Positions 62,583 to 64,000 of a DNA stretch of 64,000 nt are shown piece by piece. The position numbers and the translations under genes were made by a program. The notes below the pieces were generated by a model. That model was given only the letters and a program-made list of their open reading frames with translations, ran no database searches and was not told where the DNA came from. The first letter of the stretch is position 1. Every line of letters starts with the position of its first letter. The DNA comes from Anthoceros angustus (lineage: Eukaryota > Plantae > Anthocerotophyta), in contig VJWM01000325.1 of assembly GCA_010909165.1 (NCBI GenBank), positions 5,318-69,317 of the forward strand, given 5' to 3'.

Positions 62583-63554
62583 TGATATTGGGTGAAATCG
62601 ATTGTGGAGCGAAGAATTTTGGTCACCCAAGGCGGGGAGGTAGCGCGAAGGATGAATATGGTTCTGAGGCGGTAGTAGGTAGGTCGATAGAAGCAGTGGG
62701 AAGATGGTAGGACGTCAGGAGTTCGGGACTTAAGCAGATCGGCGTGCCGTAGGAGGTTCGATCGGGTAGAAAGTATGGGTAGATAGAAGCATATATAGGC
62801 ATGATAGGTTCGAGAAGTTCCTTGGACCATGGGAGTAGGAATATTCGAGGATAGGAAGTTCCTTGGCCTTGAATTATTTAGGTTACGCATGGCTATATAT
62901 GCCAAAAGGGCTAGTTAAGTTGTAGATGGAAAATGGCTACGAGGAGTTTTGAGCCGGACACGTGGCGGCCATCGGGGAGGCGCCATTAAAGGCGGATTTG
63001 CATGTACCTGCAAATCCTGGTTAGCCAGGGTTTTGAGGCGTCTTTGGTGAGAAACAGGCGGTGGCGGGGAGTAAGTGGAGTTGCGCTCGAAGAAGGAAGT
63101 GGCAGGCGTCTTGATCGATTGGCCTTGGAGAGGCCTTGAACACAGGCGTCGAGGAAGCGTGGCATCGCCAGGAGCTAGGCGGGGCATGGCGATTCTTTGG
63201 AAAGGAGTTCGGAGGATCCAAAGGCAGTGGAGGTGCTCGGCGGAGGCGATTGTGTGGCGCTCGGGGGTGAGCTTGCGAAGGCTACGGGCGTCAAAAGGCG
63301 AGCAAGGTGGAGAAGTTCTTTGGAGGAGATTGAAGGGGCCAAGGCCACCTCTTAGTGGTGCGTTGAGGGAGGCGGTATCGAGAGGCTCTGCCTGTCTCAC
63401 CCAAACCACCACCTCTTTGCTCTCCACTCTCTTAGCACGATAGATTACTCTCCAATCTCTCCAATTTTGCTATCCTTGTGTGTGCTCCCACGGATGGTAA
63501 AGATAGTGAGGACGGGGCAGGGGTACTCCCACGGGAGAAACCTCACTTGACCAC
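62583..63554. mobile_element. Possible LTR-like segment
   Basis: Starts TG, ends CA, LTR-like composition. No TSD or partner LTR seen. Confidence 0.25.
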
Positions 63555-63591
63555 ACCGTCCCTAAAGGAAAGGTGAAACGAAGGGACAGCA

Positions 63592-64000
63592 GTGAGCGAA
63601 ACTACACTCATCCATCTCTCGCGCTTGATGGCCCTCAGGCGCAGGCTCGATGTTGCCGCAAACAACGTTGCGAACGTCGAAACTACCGGTTTTCGCGCTC
63701 AGCAAATTTCGTTTCATGAATATTTGAAGCCTGAAAAGGGGAGGAGATCGGAATTAAACCTGAGCGTCCTCTCTCTGGTGGATGCGGCGTTTGCCTTTAC
63801 GAACACGTCAGCCGGGGCGATACGGACGACGGAAATCCTCTCGATCTGGCAATCAAAGGCAACGCCTATTTCGTGGTGCAAACATCTCAGGAGAACGCTA
63901 CACCCGAGACGGGTCATTTAGCCTGGATGGAACTGGCCGGCTGGTGACCATGGACGGGCAGCCGGTTTTAGCCGACAGCGGCACGGTAAACGTGCCTGTC
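63592..64000 (+). CDS. flgF: Alphaproteobacterial flagellar basal-body rod protein FlgF, partial, with indels
   Basis: GTG start after purine-rich AAGGGA. LSRLMALRRRLDVAANNVANVETTGFR; after frame repair T(G)NPLDLAIKGNAYFVVQT..(G)ERYTRDGSFSLDGTGRLVTMDGQPVL. Confidence 0.9.

Noticed and set aside
1-64000. tRNA/rRNA genes and telomeric arrays
   Set aside because: None recognised; only isolated telo-box motifs.

Overview
Eukaryotic, non-seed land-plant DNA. Very compact genes and short introns suggest a lycophyte such as Selaginella (inference). The window has three parts. (1) 1-~19.2 kb is a clean, gene-dense block of 13 genes: glutaredoxin, plastid RPL9, NFD6-like, mitochondrial ferredoxin, DUF4336, NFU4, a MAGL/CSE-like hydrolase, AUG4, NUP50, VPS29, TAF10, a bacterial-type ADP-ribosylglycohydrolase and frataxin. 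(2) ~19.3-63.5 kb is repeat-rich, full of small indels and probably poorly polished. It holds two diverged DNA-transposon-like elements in mirror orientation. Each has a Sola/DUF7869-like DDD transposase transcribed divergently from a cargo gene fusing a ParB/Srx-like domain to a beta-class N4C/N6A DNA-methyltransferase domain. A 20-bp perfect palindrome (GGCGCCGGCATGCCGGCGCC) recurs in element A, mostly in apparent introns, and again at 52-56.5 kb. Copia fragments and F-box genes follow. (3) The last ~410 bp are an alphaproteobacterial flgF gene, most likely a contaminant chimera. The best candidate for an undescribed system is the transposase + ParB-methyltransferase + palindrome module. Coordinates after 20 kb are approximate because frames are broken by indels.
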